Assembly: GCA_008080745.1 (NCBI GenBank)
Contig: SHMX01000006.1
Location: forward strand, 1 to 32,000
Origin: Candidatus Thorarchaeota archaeon
GTDB taxonomy: Archaea > Asgardarchaeota > Thorarchaeia > Thorarchaeales > Thorarchaeaceae
Reading direction: 5' to 3'
DNA length: 32,000 nucleotides
Shown: positions 28,225-32,000 of the stretch, piece by piece
Position numbering within the stretch: position 1 is the stretch's first letter
Layout: each line of letters starts with the position of its first letter
Program-made: the position numbers and the translations under genes
The notes under the pieces: generated by a model
What the model was told of the DNA's origin: nothing
Database searches by the model: none
What the model saw: the letters and a program-made list of their open reading frames with translations, nothing else

Positions 28225-29308
28225 TTTGGTTGAGGAAAATGAAACATTTCAAAAAACATTGGTTTCTGATAGGATAATATACGATGTGCCTTTTCCCTCC
28301 ACTAGATTTCAGGGAAGTAAGAGAAGAGTTATCAAATGGATTAAGAAACAAGCTATGAATTTTGAATTTAATTCAGTTCTCGATTGTTTTGGCGGTACTG
28401 GAATTGTTAGTCATCTTTTCAAAAGATTAGAAAAACAGGTTACATACAATGACTACCTTAGATCTAATGTAGTAATGGCAAAAGCTCTGATTGAAAATAG
28501 AGACGTTACCATTTCAACAAAGAAAATTGCAGACCTGTTCCATCAGACAAATCCCCCCTATGATGATTTTGTTCAACGCACATTTCAAGATATTTACTAT
28601 ACAGATGCAGAGAATAAACAGATAGACATAGTCACACAGAATATACATTTAATTGAAAATGAATATGAGAGAGGTTTAGCTTTCTTTGCATTGTTCCAAG
28701 CCTGTCTTATCAAAAGACCATATAATCTGTTTCATAGAAAAAATCTGTATATGAGAACATCTGATGTAGAAAGATCCTTTGGAAATAAAACCACATGGGA
28801 AAGACCATTTGATGAACTGATGATTCAGTTTGCGAATGAGGCGAACAAGGCAGTCTTTGATAATGGTAAGGATAATACTGTACTGAATCGAGATGCACTA
28901 TCGATTACACAGCAGGATTATGATCTTATTTATGTTGATACACCATATATCTCACCCAAAGGAGTTGGTGTCGATTATCACCACTTCTATCACTTTTTAG
29001 AAGGACTGGTACAATATGATGTATGGAAAGAGCAAGTGGATTTCAAATCCAAACACAGAAGGTTGCGTTCTATAGATAATCCTTGGCATGATAAAGATCG
29101 AATTTACGAAGCTTTTAACATGCTCTTTGAAGAATTTAGAAATTCTATCATCATGGTTTCATATAGGTCACCCGGTATTCCAAGCATAGATGAATTAGAG
29201 GAAATTCTATTAAAATACAACAAGGATGTTCAAATATTTGAGAAGAAGCATCAATATGTGTTATCTAAGAGAAGAAGATCACACGAAGTATTATTGATTG
29301 CAATCTAA
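28205..29308 (+). CDS. N6-adenine DNA methyltransferase (alpha class, Dam/D12 family)
   Basis: TRFQGSK, motif I VLDCFGGTG, motif IV LIYVDTPY (DPPY variant). Start uncertain. Confidence 0.88.
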   Translation: MKLLVTNLVEENETFQKTLVSDRIIYDVPFPSTRFQGSKRRVIKWIKKQAMNFEFNSVLDCFGGTGIVSHLFKRLEKQVTYNDYLRSNVVMAKALIENRDVTISTKKIADLFHQTNPPYDDFVQRTFQDIYYTDAENKQIDIVTQNIHLIENEYERGLAFFALFQACLIKRPYNLFHRKNLYMRTSDVERSFGNKTTWERPFDELMIQFANEANKAVFDNGKDNTVLNRDALSITQQDYDLIYVDTPYISPKGVGVDYHHFYHFLEGLVQYDVWKEQVDFKSKHRRLRSIDNPWHDKDRIYEAFNMLFEEFRNSIIMVSYRSPGIPSIDELEEILLKYNKDVQIFEKKHQYVLSKRRRSHEVLLIAI

Positions 29309-29379
29309 TTACAAACATTCGTAATTTATTGTATATTTCTGTAAAGATTACTTAATTATATTCTACTCATCATTAATTC

Positions 29380-30027
29380 ATGAAATACTGGGAGAATCTT
29401 ATTGAGGATATAGAAGAGATTGCATCAGAAGTTGAATGGAATGTCAAAGGAATTCTTTTAGACAACGATGAACTCATAGAAATGCCATCTATGTCAACAG
29501 TTGTTACTGCACTCATAGAGTGTTTTGCAATAGCAAAATATACACCTTATTTTGATTCAAAAAAAATCAACTACACTTTTGGAGGTGAAAGGTCATATCC
29601 AGATATAGTATTGGAAGGTAAAGGAATTGAAAATGATGTAATTGCCCTAGATATTAAAACATGTAGAATGAAAAGCAAGAAAAAAATATCGGGTTTTACC
29701 TTGGGAAGTTATGGGGAGTATTTCAGAAATCCGGCTGTGAAAAAAAGAGGATGTCTAAGGCCATATGGTGAGTTTAGAAAACACATAGTTGTAGGATTCA
29801 TATACAAATGGGATAAAGAGGCATCAACTCCGGATAAAGTAGAAATATTAGAGAGAATAGTTGCTGAAAAGTGGCAGTTATCTTCAAGGAAGACAGGAAC
29901 TGGAACAACTACTGCAATAGGATCAATCACTGAATTATCTAGAATACTAAATAGAGATGGAGAATTCTCTTCAGAAGAAGAGTTCGAAAAGTATTGGAGA
30001 AAATACGAAAAAAAGAAGAAATCATAG
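29380..30027 (+). CDS. EcoRV-family type II restriction endonuclease
   Basis: YPDIVL...IALDIKT (PD-DxK), FTLGSY..YFRN, KW..., GTGTTTAIGSI, GEFSSEEEFEKYWRKYE; colinear with EcoRV as I recall it (YPDFTL, IAIDIKT, FTLGGY, GSGNTTNIGSI, FDSEDEFLDYWRNYE). Confidence 0.85.
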   Translation: MKYWENLIEDIEEIASEVEWNVKGILLDNDELIEMPSMSTVVTALIECFAIAKYTPYFDSKKINYTFGGERSYPDIVLEGKGIENDVIALDIKTCRMKSKKKISGFTLGSYGEYFRNPAVKKRGCLRPYGEFRKHIVVGFIYKWDKEASTPDKVEILERIVAEKWQLSSRKTGTGTTTAIGSITELSRILNRDGEFSSEEEFEKYWRKYEKKKKS

Positions 30028-30031
30028 CCGA

Positions 30032-30517
30032 CTATTTCTCGTGGGCTCGTTTAGCTCCACCTAACCATTCATTAAATACAATAATTCGAAAATCATCAGT
30101 AATATCCAGAGAATCGTCAACTATGGTTACAGCAGGATGTCCAAAACCATCTTCCTCAGCGTGAAGAAGACTTTCAAGACAGGCCTTGTACTTCTTTTGC
30201 GCTTTGTCAAATTGATCCTCCGCAAATGTCCAACCTTTGAAGAGAACCCATTGATTTTGACCCAAGACTGGTTCAACTCTGACCTCAACTCTATAGTATA
30301 TGCTTGTTTCCTCATCCTGCGTATCGACTACCTTTGCAATTCCAACACCCCAAGTCACATCAAATGATGTGATATCAGGTCTCCATTCAATCCATTCACG
30401 TGTATGGTTTTCTGCGCTCAAAATAATCGCACTAAGGATAGTTGATTTCCTGATAGGTCTTTCTATAAAAATAGAGGGAAGAGGGAATCCCCTGTTACTC
30501 GGTTGATCCCCATTCAC
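30032..30517 (-). CDS. Hypothetical protein
   Basis: 161-aa ORF overlapping the upstream CBS gene by 23 bp; no family recognised. Confidence 0.65.
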   Translation of the reverse strand: MNGDQPSNRGFPLPSIFIERPIRKSTILSAIILSAENHTREWIEWRPDITSFDVTWGVGIAKVVDTQDEETSIYYRVEVRVEPVLGQNQWVLFKGWTFAEDQFDKAQKKYKACLESLLHAEEDGFGHPAVTIVDDSLDITDDFRIIVFNEWLGGAKRAHEK

Positions 30518-31715
30518 TTCTTAGAATCTCTTTGATCTTCCGTTCAGCATACTCCTCATCCATATCTCGACCACGTCGGTCCTCAATATTTCTCTCAACT
30601 TTATCGAGAGCGAATCTGAATGCTTCTTCAGGACTCCAAGCATCAGCAATACCATAGAACTGTCCCTGATGGGTATAGAATTGTAATTTACATTGAATGT
30701 GTTGATCTCCTTTTGTTGCGGGTCCAAACCTTTTCATATGAACAAAGAGACCTCCAATTCCTACGGTGTCTTTATACTTCTGTGCAAAGGCGGTGAATTG
30801 TTTTCTGATAATCTCACGTTCTCTCTCAGATATCTCGACATTTGGTTTAACTGTGAACTGAACTGTCACCTGTCTTTGTTCACGGACCTCCGATGCTAAA
30901 GGTTGGAGAAAATCAAGCTTGGTCATAATCCCAACTAGTTGTTCATCGTGATCTACCACAGCGAGAGATGATATGTCATGACTCTGCATTTTATCAAAAG
31001 CATCTCTGAGAGAATCATCAGGTCTCACAGCTACTACTGGTGAGGACATAATATGACGAATCTCTATGTCCTGAAGATTTTTCGTCTCTCCGCTCCTCTC
31101 ACCATGACCTCCGTGATCTCTTGTACTACCAAAGCCACCTTCGGTCCGGTTTCTCCTTCGATATACAATGTCTATGACATCACGAAGACTTACAATACCT
31201 TCAGTCTGCCCATTCTTCACAACTGGAGCATGGGAGAAACCATGTTCTCTGAAAGTTGCGAGTAGTTGTCCAATCGTCTGACTAGGAAACATATAGACGG
31301 GGTTTTTCGTCATGACAACTGATACAGGATTGTTCCCCCAATCTTCTGCTATTATTCTTCCAATTATATCCTCTCGTGTGAGATATCCTTTGAGTCTTTC
31401 ACCTGAATAAACCGGAAGAATGGTGGCTCCGCTTTCAACCATCAATCGTGCTGCTTCAGCCAGAGCATCGTGTTCTTCAACTTTGGGAACTTTTCTAGTT
31501 AAATCCTTCACCTTTCTTTGTGAAGTGTCAATCTTTGATCTATCTAACCATCGTAATGATAACGTACCGGAATAATTTCCCTTCTCATCTTGTACAACTA
31601 ATGCGGGTAACGAACTATCCTTGAAATAACTAATTGCTTTTGCTAATAGAGCATCTTGTTCTATAATACCCAATTCTTCATCTGAGTATACATCTATAAC
31701 TTTGATTTCTGCCAT
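30495..31715 (-). CDS. Four-CBS-domain protein with C-terminal HPF/RaiA-like domain (Hib-like archaeal ribosome hibernation factor)
   Basis: CBS repeats (LVVQDEKG..G.LS, VMTKNP, IMSSPV, LAVVD..LVGIMT); C-terminal beta-alpha-beta-beta-beta-alpha segment ending AWSPEEAFRFALDKVERNI. Confidence 0.72.
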   Translation of the reverse strand: MAEIKVIDVYSDEELGIIEQDALLAKAISYFKDSSLPALVVQDEKGNYSGTLSLRWLDRSKIDTSQRKVKDLTRKVPKVEEHDALAEAARLMVESGATILPVYSGERLKGYLTREDIIGRIIAEDWGNNPVSVVMTKNPVYMFPSQTIGQLLATFREHGFSHAPVVKNGQTEGIVSLRDVIDIVYRRRNRTEGGFGSTRDHGGHGERSGETKNLQDIEIRHIMSSPVVAVRPDDSLRDAFDKMQSHDISSLAVVDHDEQLVGIMTKLDFLQPLASEVREQRQVTVQFTVKPNVEISEREREIIRKQFTAFAQKYKDTVGIGGLFVHMKRFGPATKGDQHIQCKLQFYTHQGQFYGIADAWSPEEAFRFALDKVERNIEDRRGRDMDEEYAERKIKEILRSEWGSTE

Positions 31716-31792
31716 ATGTTAAGTACTCCAAGATAACTATAGTTATTCCCCCTTTTGTATTCTCGGGTCTGAAATAATTTAGAGGCATGATT

Positions 31793-31831
31793 AAAAAAAA
31801 AAGAGTACCAGAGAGGAGAAATCTGGTACTC
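31793..31831 (-). terminator. Intrinsic-type terminator: 10-bp stem plus T10 on the minus strand
   Basis: GAGTACCAGA (31803-31812) / TCTGGTACTC (31822-31831) with A10 at 31793-31802 on +; lies about 33 bp after the stop at 31865. Confidence 0.75.
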
Positions 31832-31864
31832 CAAAGGAGAGAATAACGGACTTCACACGCATCT

Positions 31865-31999
31865 TTACATTGTCTTGGCAATCTTGTCTAGTCTACCTGT
31901 AATAGCCAACCAGAAAATCAGAAAGCTTACTATGGAAAGACCATAGGAGTAGTCTAATCCTGGAAAGGAGATAATCAGAACAGGTAATCGTATTGCAAA
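31865..31999 (-). CDS. C-terminal end of a membrane protein (gene starts beyond the window)
   Basis: Open frame FAIRLPVLIISFPGLDYSYGLSIVSFLIFWLAITGRLDKIAKTM*, followed by the hairpin-T10 terminator. Confidence 0.65.
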   Translation of the reverse strand, partial: FAIRLPVLIISFPGLDYSYGLSIVSFLIFWLAITGRLDKIAKTM

Positions 32000-32000
32000 T

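Noticed and set aside
28205-30027. GATATC avoidance as evidence of a long-resident EcoRV isoschizomer
   Set aside because: GATATC occurs repeatedly in the window and no depletion is apparent by eye; a formal count was not run.
565-31881. The many 60-115-aa ORFs antisense to or nested in long genes (e.g. 4891-5166, 6893-7240, 8486-8818, 20308-20541, 22838-23095, 31678-31881)
   Set aside because: They are shadow frames of well-supported genes, with no motifs or RBS; 31678-31881 also runs across a terminator.

Overview
AT-rich archaeal DNA, most consistent with an Asgard archaeon and probably Thorarchaeia. This is inferred from gene content (Rab-like GTPase, V4R protein, archaeal geranylgeranyl reductase, 25-aa LRR protein, glycosylated Ig-repeat surface protein), not from a marker gene. 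In order, the window holds: the 5'-truncated end of an Ig-repeat single-pass membrane protein whose cytoplasmic tail resembles an adaptin/COP appendage plus Zn ribbon; a CopA ATPase; a DMT transporter; a secreted His-Cys (caspase/gingipain-fold-like) protein with a hydrophobic tail; an Asn-synthetase-like gene; GGR; a Rab-like GTPase/Zn-wHTH/V4R operon; LRR and beta-helix proteins; an FN3-like duplicate pair with a zincin motif; DUF1614; three tandem paralogous micro-membrane proteins; an apparently complete divergent C50 carotenoid (bacterioruberin-type) cluster, cruF-lyeJ-crtD <> crtB-crtI; a wHTH-MTase-EcoRV-like restriction-modification cassette; and a 4xCBS+HPF (Hib-like) protein. I saw no rRNA, tRNA, CRISPR array or transposase. 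All family calls come from motif recognition by eye; no database searches were run.
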